Shown: positions 1 through 8,718 of the stretch, piece by piece
Position numbering within the stretch: the first letter of the stretch is position 1
Layout of the letters: each line of letters begins with the position of its first letter
Source: Parcubacteria group bacterium
GTDB taxonomy: Bacteria > Patescibacteriota > Minisyncoccia > Phycocordibacterales > CALRBT01
DNA length: 56,874 bases
NCBI GenBank assembly: GCA_943354475.1
Contig: CALRBT010000004.1
Location: 1 to 56,874, forward strand
Direction of reading: 5' to 3'
Program-made: the position numbers and the translations under genes
The notes under the pieces: generated by a model
Told to the model about the DNA's origin: nothing
The model's database searches: none
The model's input: only the letters and a program-made list of their open reading frames with translations

Positions 1-38
1 AAAATAATTACTTTTTATTCGTTACTACTAACTAATTT

Positions 39-2180
39 ATGAACCGAGACTATCCACTAGAGAAAGTACGAAACTTTGGAATCATCGCGCACATCGACGC
101 TGGGAAAACGACTACTTCCGAGCGAATCCTTTTCTATACCGGAATGTCACACAAAATCGGCGAGGTACACGATGGAGCAACCGTTACTGACTGGATGGAA
201 CAAGAACGAGAACGCGGAATTACGATTACCGCCGCCGCTATTACTTGTTTTTGGAATAAGACTGATCAGGAAAAATCCGAGGCAAACAAATATCGTTTTA
301 ACATTATTGATACCCCAGGACACATCGACTTTACCGTTGAAGTAAAGCGATCTCTTCGTGTGCTCGACGGTGCAGTGGTTGTCTTTGATGGTGTTGCCGG
401 TGTTGAACCTCAATCTGAGACCAATTGGCGCTACGCTGACGACGCGAACGTTCCTCGAATCTGCTTTATCAACAAGCTTGACCGCACCGGCGCATCTTTT
501 GAACGATCATACGCAAGTATTCTTGAGCGATTAAATAAAAATGCAGTACGACTTCAAATCCCAATCGGCTTAGAAGGAGATCATGAAGGCGTCATCGACT
601 TGATGAAGATGAAAGCCTATCGTTTTGAAGGTGAGATGGGGATTAAGGTAATCGAAGGAGAAATCCCAGAGAATCTCAAGACTGAAGCTGATAAATATCG
701 TGCCGAGCTTGTTGAGAAGATTGCCGAGACAGAGGATGGATTGATGAATGACTATCTCGAAGGCAAGACGATTCCAGATGACGTGCTTAAAAGTACATTG
801 CGAAAAGCTGTACTTACGAACAAGATTTTCCCCGTCTTCGCTGGCTCTGCACTCAAAAACAAAGGAGTTCAGCTCGTACTCGACGCTGTGGTTGATTACC
901 TTCCATCTCCACTCGACATCCCACCAATTAAAGGTATTGATCCAAAAACCGGAGAAGAAATTGTTCGTAATGCCTCTGACAGTGAACCTTTCTCAGCCCT
1001 TGCCTTTAAACTCCAGTCAGATCCATTCGTGGGACAATTGACCTTCTTCCGTGTGTATTCAGGAACTATTGAAGCAGGTTCATACATTTACAATTCCTCA
1101 ACAGGGGAGAAGGAGCGTTTGGGCCGAATCGTACGTCTCCAGGCTAATGACCGTGAAGAAGTGAAGAAAGTATTTGCTGGAGAGATTGCCGCAGCTGTTG
1201 GACTCAAGAGTGCTAAGACATCACATACGCTCTGTGATGAGAATAGTCCAATTATTCTCGATAGAATTGTATTTCCAGAGCCAGTGGTATCACTCCGTAT
1301 TGAACCAAAGACAAAAGCTGACCAAGAGAAAATGGGTTTTGCACTCAAACGCCTTTCTGACGAAGACCCAACCTTTAAAATTACTTCAAATGCTGAGACT
1401 GCTGAGACGATTATCTCAGGAATGGGTGAGCTTCACCTTGAAATCCTTGTTGACCGCATGAAGCGTGAGTTCGGTGTCGAAGCAAATGTTGGTGAGCCAC
1501 AGGTGGCGTACAAAGAAACAATCACCAAAGAAGCTGAAGCTGAATGTAAGTACATCAAGCAATCCGGTGGTAAGGGTCAGTACGGCCATGTTCGTATTCG
1601 CATTAAACCACTCGAGAAACGTGACCCAGAAGCTAAGGTTGCTAAGAACGTAAAGATTGAGGATGGATTCGAATTTATCAACAGCATCAAAGGAGGTGTT
1701 ATTCCTCAGGAATTCATCGCTCCAGTTGAAAAGGGAGTAAAAGAAGGGATGGAGCGCGGTGTTACCGCTGGTTACAAGCTCGTTGATATTTCATGTGAGC
1801 TTTACGATGGTTCGTATCACGATGTGGACTCATCTGAAATGGCCTTCAAAATCGCAGGTTCTCAGGCACTTCAAGACGCCGCCAAGCGCGCAGGACCGGT
1901 AATTCTCGAGCCAATTATGAAAGTTGAGGTGATTGTTCCCGAGCAGTACATCGGAGACATTTCAGGAAACATCAATTCAAAGCGTGGACAGATCGAGAGC
2001 ACAGCAGATCGAGGAATGAACAAAGCGATTACCGCCCTCGTACCCCTTCAAGAAATGTTCAAATACGTTACACTCCTCCGCTCAATGACCAATGGTCGCG
2101 GAAGCTCAACGATGGAATTTGATCATTACGAAATCGTGCCACCACAGGTTGCCAAGAAAATTGTGGAAACAAGGAAGTGA
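39..2180 (+). CDS. fusA: Elongation factor G
   Basis: GTPase motifs [14 protein letters not shown] and NKLD; 713 aa; sits upstream of tuf. Confidence 0.98.
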   Translation: MNRDYPLEKVRNFGIIAHIDAGKTTTSERILFYTGMSHKIGEVHDGATVTDWMEQERERGITITAAAITCFWNKTDQEKSEANKYRFNIIDTPGHIDFTVEVKRSLRVLDGAVVVFDGVAGVEPQSETNWRYADDANVPRICFINKLDRTGASFERSYASILERLNKNAVRLQIPIGLEGDHEGVIDLMKMKAYRFEGEMGIKVIEGEIPENLKTEADKYRAELVEKIAETEDGLMNDYLEGKTIPDDVLKSTLRKAVLTNKIFPVFAGSALKNKGVQLVLDAVVDYLPSPLDIPPIKGIDPKTGEEIVRNASDSEPFSALAFKLQSDPFVGQLTFFRVYSGTIEAGSYIYNSSTGEKERLGRIVRLQANDREEVKKVFAGEIAAAVGLKSAKTSHTLCDENSPIILDRIVFPEPVVSLRIEPKTKADQEKMGFALKRLSDEDPTFKITSNAETAETIISGMGELHLEILVDRMKREFGVEANVGEPQVAYKETITKEAEAECKYIKQSGGKGQYGHVRIRIKPLEKRDPEAKVAKNVKIEDGFEFINSIKGGVIPQEFIAPVEKGVKEGMERGVTAGYKLVDISCELYDGSYHDVDSSEMAFKIAGSQALQDAAKRAGPVILEPIMKVEVIVPEQYIGDISGNINSKRGQIESTADRGMNKAITALVPLQEMFKYVTLLRSMTNGRGSSTMEFDHYEIVPPQVAKKIVETRK

Positions 2181-2221
2181 TAACGAACACTTGTGCCCTT
2201 TGGGTACTCGCAAATAAACAA

Positions 2222-2263
2222 AAAACAAAAACGTCCTGAATTAATTCAGGACGTTTTTGTTTT
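2222..2263. terminator. Perfect 42-bp palindrome, probable bidirectional terminator after fusA
   Basis: aaaacaaaaacgtcctgaattaattcaggacgtttttgtttt is its own reverse complement, with A/T tracts at both ends. Confidence 0.7.
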
Positions 2264-2343
2264 GCCTTTGACTCAAAACATATCATCTGCAGAGAGCTCG
2301 ACGGACACTTATGCCTGGGCATAAAAGCTGCAACCTGCCCCCG

Positions 2344-2371
2344 TTGACTTCTCCCTTTGATTTGCTACTAT
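2344..2371 (+). promoter_or_regulatory. Sigma70-type promoter for tuf
   Basis: TTGACT, 16-nt spacer ending in TGC, then TACTAT (extended -10). Confidence 0.6.
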
Positions 2372-2602
2372 ATGTCCTATCGCAGTTTTGCGTTTTTCTA
2401 TTTACCGTTTCCGCGCAGTAGGTCAAGCAGGCTCTTTGAATATATAAGAGAAGAAACCCCTAACGTGAGGATGTTGGTAATAGAATTGTCTGTTGTCGAA
2501 AACAGGCAAATTTATAAAAATTTAAGTAATGTATCCTCGAAATCTCTTTGGTTTAGGCACATCTCGCGCCTTAAACTAAGGATGTTTGGGGAGTAAACGC
2601 TT

Positions 2603-3799
2603 ATGGCAGCAGAAGCATTTGACCGTTCAAAGCCACACCTCAATGTGGGAACAATCGGCCACGTTGACCACGGAAAGACTACTCTTACCGCGGCTATTCT
2701 CCATGTCCTCGACATGGCTGGCAACAAAGTAAAGATGCGCGGAGTTGGTGAAATCGACTCAGCGCCTGAAGAGAAGGCTCGCGGTATTACTATCGCCCTT
2801 TCTCACAACGAGTACGAGACAAAGGCTCGTCACTACGCGCACATCGACGCGCCAGGACACGCCGACTACATTAAGAACATGATTACTGGAGCTGCGCAGA
2901 TGGACGGTGCAATCCTCGTGGTTGCAGCAACTGACGGTGCGATGCCACAGACTCGTGAGCACATCCTTCTTGCAAAGCAGGTTGGGGTACCAAAGATTAT
3001 CGTTTTCCTTAACAAGGTTGATATGGTTCCTGATAAGGACATGATCGATCTCGTTGAAGAAGAAATCCGAGAGCTTCTTACAAAGAACGGCTTTGATGGA
3101 GCGAATGCTCCTGTTATCAAGGGCTCAGGTCTTAAGGCACTTGAGGCAAAGTCACTCGATGATGAGTATGCAAAGGGTGTACTTGCTCTCGCTGACGCAC
3201 TCGACAATTACTTCCCAGTACCAGAACGTGATCTCGACAAGCCATTTCTTATGCCAGTTGAAGACATCTTCACTATTGAAGGACGTGGAACCGTGGTTAC
3301 TGGACGCGTTGAGCGTGGACGAATCAAGGTTGGTGAGGAAGTTGAGATTGTTGGTATCAATACAACAGTTAAAACAACCGTTACTGGTATTGAAATGTTC
3401 AACAAACAGCTTACCGAAGGTCAGGCTGGAGACAACGCCGGAGTACTCCTCCGAGGTCTTAAGAAAGACGACATCACACGAGGTCAGGTTCTTGCAAAGC
3501 CAGGTTCAGTAACACCTCATACAGATTTCGAAGCTGAGGTATACGTACTTACCAAAGAAGAAGGAGGACGACACACACCATTCTTCTCAGGATATAAGCC
3601 ACAGTTCTACATTCGAACTACTGACGTTACTGGAGACGTAACCCTAAGCGAAGGTGTTGAAATGGTTATGCCAGGAGATACCGCAAAGTTTAAGGTAAAG
3701 CTTATGGCACCAGTTGCTCTCGAAGACAACACACGATTTGCTATCCGCGAGGGTGGGAAAACCGTGGGCGCCGGCGTTGTTACCAAAATCGTCGCCTAG
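2603..3799 (+). CDS. tuf: Elongation factor Tu
   Basis: [19 protein letters not shown] and NKVD motifs; GGAG Shine-Dalgarno upstream. Confidence 0.98.
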   Translation: MAAEAFDRSKPHLNVGTIGHVDHGKTTLTAAILHVLDMAGNKVKMRGVGEIDSAPEEKARGITIALSHNEYETKARHYAHIDAPGHADYIKNMITGAAQMDGAILVVAATDGAMPQTREHILLAKQVGVPKIIVFLNKVDMVPDKDMIDLVEEEIRELLTKNGFDGANAPVIKGSGLKALEAKSLDDEYAKGVLALADALDNYFPVPERDLDKPFLMPVEDIFTIEGRGTVVTGRVERGRIKVGEEVEIVGINTTVKTTVTGIEMFNKQLTEGQAGDNAGVLLRGLKKDDITRGQVLAKPGSVTPHTDFEAEVYVLTKEEGGRHTPFFSGYKPQFYIRTTDVTGDVTLSEGVEMVMPGDTAKFKVKLMAPVALEDNTRFAIREGGKTVGAGVVTKIVA

Positions 3800-3800
3800 G

Positions 3801-3925
3801 TAGAATTCACACAGCTGGCGCACTTCTTTGTCGCTACGTTGTTCATTTCCTCCGCCGTACGTTTAGTACGTCTACAGAAATGAACTTCCTTGCTCCTCGA
3901 ATTGCATCCATCTGAGTAAATTCTA
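3801..3925 (-). repeat. Palindromic repeat family, copy A
   Basis: The reverse strand carries TGGATGCAATTCGAGG ... GACAAAGAAGTGC inside an imperfect outer stem (tagaatt...aattcta); homologous to copies at 5889, 27829, 44740 and 45752. Confidence 0.75.
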
Positions 3926-3977
3926 TAAGTCTTAATGAATCTAAAACTAAGAAATTAATTATTAATAGACACGAATT

Positions 3978-4358
3978 ATGGCAGTAGCAGTAAAAGAAAA
4001 AGCGCCAAAAAAAGCAGCAAAAGCTGTTTCTAAACCGAAGGATAAAGAGGCGGTATCCAAATTGCGCATCAGAGTTCGTGCCTATGAACACAAGATTCTT
4101 GACCAGTCGGTTAAGCAGATTATGGACACAGCACTTCGCTATGACGCAGAGGTAGTTGGTCCGATTCCGCTCCCTACGGAGATTAAGAAATATACCGTCA
4201 ATCGTTCAGCTTTCGTCTTCAAAAATGCGCGAGAACAATTTGAGATGAGAATACATAAACGAGTGATTGATATCTTGAACCCTAATGCCAAAGTGATTGA
4301 AGCGCTAACTAATCTTAGTCTTCCATCAGGTGTGAGTATTGAGGTGAAAATGGGATAA
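3978..4358 (+). CDS. rpsJ: 30S ribosomal protein S10 with Lys/Ala-rich N-terminal extension
   Basis: LRIRVRAYEH, GPIPLPT and HKRVIDI motifs. Confidence 0.97.
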   Translation: MAVAVKEKAPKKAAKAVSKPKDKEAVSKLRIRVRAYEHKILDQSVKQIMDTALRYDAEVVGPIPLPTEIKKYTVNRSAFVFKNAREQFEMRIHKRVIDILNPNAKVIEALTNLSLPSGVSIEVKMG

Positions 4359-4390
4359 GTTAGGGTATAGGGCGTAGACATTAGTAAAAT

Positions 4391-4440
4391 ACCCAACCAC
4401 AACAAAAGCCTCCGCAAGGAGGCTTTTGTTGTGGTTGGGT
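4391..4440. terminator. Long hairpin terminator after rpsJ
   Basis: Perfect 23-bp arms acccaaccacaacaaaagcctcc / ggaggcttttgttgtggttgggt with a GCAA loop. Confidence 0.75.
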
Positions 4441-4457
4441 GTCAGAATTGGGGGGTA

Positions 4458-4485
4458 TTGACACCTTTTTTATATTATGTAATAT
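4458..4485 (+). promoter_or_regulatory. Promoter for the structured RNA candidate
   Basis: TTGACA, 16-nt spacer, TAATAT; lies directly before the first stem at 4491. Confidence 0.6.
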
Positions 4486-4490
4486 ATCAA

Positions 4491-4912
4491 TCGGCGGGGG
4501 ACGAGGCACAACGGCATACTGGAAACAGACACCGAACGCCTCCCCGTCGAAACCTGGACCCGCGGTGGTCTAGGTAAACCCATTGGAGAGAATCCAATGT
4601 CTGCTTATGAAAGCACAGGGATCGAGGCCCTGTAAGCTTCCAGAGGCCAAACTCAAACAGAGGGGAAATCAAAATCCGAAGAGAGCGAAGTACGACCTTG
4701 CCAATCAGCATCTAGTTTTCGCTGATTGGCTGAGGCTGAATCTGTCAAATTTCCCATTATGGGAATGCCCTAACTCCGGACTCAAGGGCGTCTGCAACTA
4801 GTGCTAGCAGATACTTGAGCGCCGCGTGATCATGTGGCAATGGCAAAGTGGGGCGAGTTCGACGGAATGGATTAGTCCATCGGCGAACCGCCCCAAAGCC
4901 ATCAGTTCTTTT
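4491..4912 (+). ncRNA. Unclassified large structured non-coding RNA candidate
   Basis: About ten consecutive stems by eye, e.g. 4491-4499/4542-4550, 4552-4560/4567-4575, 4580-4586/4593-4599, 4700-4709/4721-4730 and a long 4840-4902 hairpin. It has a GAAA tetraloop, sits between a promoter and a T-tract, and contains no convincing ORF. Confidence 0.55.
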
Positions 4913-4947
4913 TAGATAAACACGCAGACTTCCATTGGAAGACCAAC

Positions 4948-4978
4948 CCGCACTCGTATTTTCGAGGGCGGTGTTTTT
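4948..4978 (+). terminator. Hairpin plus T-tract after the RNA candidate
   Basis: ccgcactcg / cgagggcgg stem followed by tgttttt. Confidence 0.5.
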
Positions 4979-4987
4979 GATTTTATA

Positions 4988-5016
4988 TTGACAAGGGTTG
5001 TTTTGCGGTGTAATAA
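4988..5016 (+). promoter_or_regulatory. Promoter for the 5044 ORF
   Basis: TTGACA, 17-nt spacer, TAATAA. Confidence 0.6.
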
Positions 5017-5043
5017 GATGATGGAAAACTATTGAGGTGTGTC

Positions 5044-5718
5044 ATGGAAAACGATTTTTACGAATCTGAAACCGCTGTTTGGGAAACAGTGACAAGGGAG
5101 CAGTTGTTGCACCACAAGAGATTATTCCACAAGCTATTTCCTCTCGGTCATCAGGAGAGCATAAGGAGTCTTATCCAAAATCTTCGGAACCCTTCGTTCC
5201 GTGGGTTACTTATGGCGGAAAATTGGGGGGCATACATAGGAGATATTCACCCCAGAGCATTTGATTTGTTGGCCAAGTACGGACAGGATTATCATCCGCA
5301 TGTGTGGAAACGACCACTTGATTCGTCGCTTGATAGAAAGTGCTATATAAACTCATGGGCTATGGTCGAGAATGACTATCGACACCGTAACCGTCATACC
5401 TCGAAAGTCGTTGAGCCCATAGTCTATGTAGAGGGGGTTGCTTTCGGTGTGCGAGTCTATCCGATGCTTCATGGGTGGAACGCCAGAAACCTAGCTTCTC
5501 GAAGAGCATATGACACCACTCACCATGCTGTGTGTCGGTGGACAAGATATCTTGGTATTCCATTTACCCGGGATGAGTATCGGAAAATACGTGGTTTTGG
5601 ATTTAGTAACCTCTTGGCCGTTGATAAGTTTCCTAGGTTTGAAACAAGGATTACTAGATTGCTTGCCAAGAGGTTTGGAGAGAGGAATATGCCTTTATGC
5701 AGGGTCACCGAAAGGTGA
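5044..5718 (+). CDS. Hypothetical protein with a transglutaminase/papain-like Cys-His-Asp motif set
   Basis: KCYINSW, YVEG, LHGW, YDTT and RYLGIPF motifs in the expected order; GAGGTG SD precedes the ATG at 5044 (the track starts at TTG 5032). Confidence 0.6.
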   Translation: MENDFYESETAVWETVTREQLLHHKRLFHKLFPLGHQESIRSLIQNLRNPSFRGLLMAENWGAYIGDIHPRAFDLLAKYGQDYHPHVWKRPLDSSLDRKCYINSWAMVENDYRHRNRHTSKVVEPIVYVEGVAFGVRVYPMLHGWNARNLASRRAYDTTHHAVCRWTRYLGIPFTRDEYRKIRGFGFSNLLAVDKFPRFETRITRLLAKRFGERNMPLCRVTER

Positions 5719-5725
5719 CCCTTTG
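5701..5725 (+). terminator. GAAA-loop hairpin overlapping the ORF stop
   Basis: agggtcacc-gaaa-ggtgaccct followed by a T-rich tract. Confidence 0.6.
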
Positions 5726-5738
5726 CCTTTGCCACGAT

Positions 5739-5766
5739 TTGCATCTTTTTTATACTCGTGTATACT
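5739..5766 (+). promoter_or_regulatory. Promoter restarting the S10 cluster at rplC
   Basis: TTGCAT, 16-nt spacer, TATACT. Confidence 0.5.
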
Positions 5767-5888
5767 CTCTCCTAACTCGCACACTCGAGTCGTCTACGTT
5801 CCAGCAAGTGGAACCAATGGAAAATTCAATCCGCATGGACTGTTTCTTCCTTTAGCGGTTTTTTTGTTGGAAAAGTACACGTCGTGTC

Positions 5889-6014
5889 TAGAATTTGTGG
5901 ATTTGGATGCAATTCTAGGCGCAAGCGAGGCTTGTGACTAAAATGTAGGTGAATCTACATTACAGGAACAAATGAGCGAAGCAACAACGAAGTGCCTCAA
6001 ATCCACAAATTCTA
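5889..6014 (+). repeat. Palindromic repeat family, copy B
   Basis: Perfect 17-bp outer arms tagaatttgtggatttg / caaatccacaaattcta; core nearly identical to the reverse complements of copies D and E. Confidence 0.85.
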
Positions 6015-6015
6015 C

Positions 6016-6627
6016 ATGAAATTCATACTAGGAACAAAATTAAACATGACCCAGATCTTTGATGAAAAAGGTCTTGTTCACCCTGTTACCATTCTCGAAG
6101 CAAAACCATCAGTCATTACCCAGGTTAAGACTGAGAATACTGATGGGTATACTGCTGTTCAGGTTGGCTACGGCGCTGGTAAAGACAAGAACGTCAATAA
6201 AGCACAAAAAGGTCACATGAAAGAGACTGGCATCTTCCGAACACTTAAGGAGTTCCGACTTGATGGAGATGATATGGCACACAATAAAGGAGATTTAATC
6301 GACCTTTCAAAATTTGCCGTTGGGGACACAGTAACCATTTCTGCTATTTCAAAAGCCAAAGGTTTCCAGGGCGTTATCAAGCGCCATGGATTCAAAGGGG
6401 GTCCTCGTTCTCACGGCCAGAAGCATTCAGAGCACGCCCCGGGATCAATCGGTGCGGTATGGCCACAACGCGTCCTTAAGGGAAAGCGCATGGGTGGACG
6501 CATGGGTGGAGATCGAATTACGGTCAAGAACCTTAAGGTTGCGGCAATTGACCTTGAAAATCACAAAATAATGATTCAAGGCGCTATTCCGGGACGACGA
6601 GGTACACTTGTCGAAGTGCGCGGCTAA
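6016..6627 (+). CDS. rplC: 50S ribosomal protein L3
   Basis: MKFILGTKLNMTQIF and KGFQGVIKRHGF motifs; true start ATG 6016 (the track extends into the repeat). Confidence 0.97.
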   Translation: MKFILGTKLNMTQIFDEKGLVHPVTILEAKPSVITQVKTENTDGYTAVQVGYGAGKDKNVNKAQKGHMKETGIFRTLKEFRLDGDDMAHNKGDLIDLSKFAVGDTVTISAISKAKGFQGVIKRHGFKGGPRSHGQKHSEHAPGSIGAVWPQRVLKGKRMGGRMGGDRITVKNLKVAAIDLENHKIMIQGAIPGRRGTLVEVRG

Positions 6628-6646
6628 TCTTTTGCAAAGACATTTT

Positions 6647-7384
6647 ATGGCAACAACTAAAACACATATTGAAGGAAAGAACAGAACAGTAGAGGCGAAG
6701 AAAGTTCTCGCCCCTATTGAGGCTGTGGTTTACTCACAGGATGGAAAAAAATCTGGCACAGTGTCTCTTCCTGGAAACATCTTCGGGCTTTCTTGGAATG
6801 CTGATCTTGTGCATCAGGTTATTACTTCAATGAAAACAAATGAGCGTTCTCCAATTGCTCATACAAAGGATCGAGGGGAAGTTTCTGGTGGTGGTAAAAA
6901 GCCTTGGCGACAAAAAGGAACTGGCAAGGCTCGTCACGGATCAAGACGTTCTCCAATCTGGGTTGGAGGAGGTGTCACTGGTGGACCAACCAAAGACAAG
7001 AATTTTGAACGCAAGGTTAATAAAAAGATGAAGGCAAAGGCTCTTTTCACGATTCTTTCAAGAAAGGTTAAGGACGGGGAGGTACTCTTTGTTGATCAGT
7101 TCAAGATGACAACTCCAAAGACAAAAGATGCCCTTACCGCCCTCGCCTCCCTGGCAAAGGTTAAAGGTTTTGAGAAGCTCACTACGAAGAAGAAAAACGC
7201 TGCTCATATCGCAATTGATGGAAAGAATAAAGGAATAGAACTTAGTTTCCGAAATATTGGAAATGTTACCGTTGATGAATTGCGAAACCTCAATCCGATT
7301 GACCTTATGTCAAAGACTTACTTGGTAGTAGCTAATCCTGCAAAGGCCGTTGAGGTTTTAGAGTCTAAAATCAATGCTAAATAA
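6647..7384 (+). CDS. rplD: 50S ribosomal protein L4
   Basis: TKDRGEVSGGGKKPWRQKGTGKARHGS motif; start taken at ATG 6647. Confidence 0.96.
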   Translation: MATTKTHIEGKNRTVEAKKVLAPIEAVVYSQDGKKSGTVSLPGNIFGLSWNADLVHQVITSMKTNERSPIAHTKDRGEVSGGGKKPWRQKGTGKARHGSRRSPIWVGGGVTGGPTKDKNFERKVNKKMKAKALFTILSRKVKDGEVLFVDQFKMTTPKTKDALTALASLAKVKGFEKLTTKKKNAAHIAIDGKNKGIELSFRNIGNVTVDELRNLNPIDLMSKTYLVVANPAKAVEVLESKINAK

Positions 7385-7389
7385 TATTT

Positions 7390-7797
7390 ATGGCAATCTT
7401 CTCTAAAAAAACGAATACTGACGAACCAAAAACTCCTAAAGCAAAAGTTGCTGGAGCTAAGGCTGTAGTAAAGAAAGTGACCAAAGAAAAGGTTGCTCTT
7501 GCACCAGTTGTAACCACACTAAACCTTAGTGCGCAGGTACTCAAGAATCCACGAATTACTGAGAAGGCTAGCTACCGAGCAGAGAGTGGCGTATATACAT
7601 TCAACGTATACATAACAGCTAATAAACAAGAAGTTTCCGATGCAATCTTTGAGCTTTACAAAGTAAGACCTGTTAAGGTCAACATGACTGCGATTAAATC
7701 CAAAAGAGTCTTTAGTCGAAATAAGCGAGGCTCCAAAGGCGGTGGTAAGAAAGCTTACGTTTACCTGGCTAAAGGAGATAAAATTGAATTTGTATAA
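7390..7797 (+). CDS. rplW: 50S ribosomal protein L23 with N-terminal extension
   Basis: PRITEKA and KKAYVYL motifs; conserved position. Confidence 0.95.
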   Translation: MAIFSKKTNTDEPKTPKAKVAGAKAVVKKVTKEKVALAPVVTTLNLSAQVLKNPRITEKASYRAESGVYTFNVYITANKQEVSDAIFELYKVRPVKVNMTAIKSKRVFSRNKRGSKGGGKKAYVYLAKGDKIEFV

Positions 7798-7807
7798 TCT
7801 ATAATTT

Positions 7808-8647
7808 ATGAAGACTTATCGACCAACATCTCCATCACGACGTAACATGATCACGGTTCCATACCGAGGAGTCTTGACGACGAATACCCCCGAGAAGTCT
7901 TTGACTCATGGATTTACACGAGCGGTTGGACGAAACAATCAAGGACGAATCACCACGAGACACAAGGGTGGTGGTAACAAGCGACTCTATCGAGAGATTG
8001 ATTTCAAACTTAACAAGAAAGACATCCCCGCTAAGATTCTTACGGTTGAATACGACCCAAACCGATCAAGCTTTATTTCCCTTGTTTCATACAATGATGG
8101 TGAGAAGCGTTATGTTATTTTGCCAAAGTCATTGACCGTCGGCGCAACCTTCATTATTTCAGAGAAGGCGCCTATTTCTGCAGGTAATCGTCTTCCACTT
8201 AAGAATATTCCCGTTGGTACCTTTATCTACAACCTTGAGATTAAACCTCTTGGTGGGGCAAAATTGGTCCGTTCAGCAGGTAACTTTGCTCAGGTTATTG
8301 CTCTCGATGCCGGTTACGCTCAAATCAAAATGCCATCAACAGAAATCAGACGAGTTCCTGACTCTGCCTGGGCTTCAATTGGTGAAGTTTCAAACGGAGA
8401 ACATCATTTTGCCAACTTTGGTAAGGCTGGTCGCTCACGTTGGCGAGGTATCAGACCAACGGTTCGAGGTACTGCCATGAACCCAGTAGATCACCCATAC
8501 GGTGGAGGTGAAGGACGTCAGGGTCGAGGTACAAAACGGCCAAAGACCAAGTGGGGTAAGGTTACTGGTGGAAGAAAGACCAGAACACCGAAGAAGTACT
8601 CAAATCGCTTGGTGGTTACAAGACGCAAGAAGACTAAAAAGAGCTAA
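7808..8647 (+). CDS. rplB: 50S ribosomal protein L2
   Basis: GRNNQGRIT, EYDPNRS and MNPVDHPYGGGEG motifs. Confidence 0.98.
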   Translation: MKTYRPTSPSRRNMITVPYRGVLTTNTPEKSLTHGFTRAVGRNNQGRITTRHKGGGNKRLYREIDFKLNKKDIPAKILTVEYDPNRSSFISLVSYNDGEKRYVILPKSLTVGATFIISEKAPISAGNRLPLKNIPVGTFIYNLEIKPLGGAKLVRSAGNFAQVIALDAGYAQIKMPSTEIRRVPDSAWASIGEVSNGEHHFANFGKAGRSRWRGIRPTVRGTAMNPVDHPYGGGEGRQGRGTKRPKTKWGKVTGGRKTRTPKKYSNRLVVTRRKKTKKS

Positions 8648-8653
8648 TCTTGT

Positions 8654-8682
8654 TTGACTTCGCTTGTTTTTCTCGGTAGTAT
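8654..8682 (+). promoter_or_regulatory. Internal promoter before rpsS
   Basis: TTGACT, 17-nt spacer, TAGTAT. Confidence 0.55.
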
Positions 8683-8718
8683 GCTGGGGACAAGCTCAGG
8701 AAAGGGCTTTTAATTTTT

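Noticed and set aside
4542-4557. Minus-strand CCAGGTTTCGACGGGG resembling a tmRNA 5' end, suggesting a second or permuted tmRNA
   Set aside because: There is no matching T-arm or acceptor end, pk1 or tag ORF in that orientation; the promoter points the other way, and a complete tmRNA exists at 44665-45181.
4583-4801. 72-aa ORF (and the 74-aa antisense ORF 4487-4711) inside the RNA candidate
   Set aside because: TTG start, no SD, no recognisable motif; the sequence is better explained by base pairing.
4491-4912. Assignment of the structured region to a group I/II intron, RNase P, or a cobalamin, lysine or c-di-GMP riboswitch
   Set aside because: Only scattered short word matches (ttagtcc, aggggaa, ggtaaacc) are present, without the required order or helices; there is no interrupted host gene and the downstream ORF has its own promoter.
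5510-5941. 143-aa ORF overlapping the Cys-His-Asp gene
   Set aside because: It crosses a terminator, a promoter and a repeat, and has no protein-like features.
5992-6015. N-terminal extensions given by the ORF track for rplC, and likewise for rplD, rplP, rpmC, rpsH, rplF, smpB and alaX
   Set aside because: They come from upstream alternative start codons in repeats, promoters or the previous gene; conserved N-termini begin at later ATGs.
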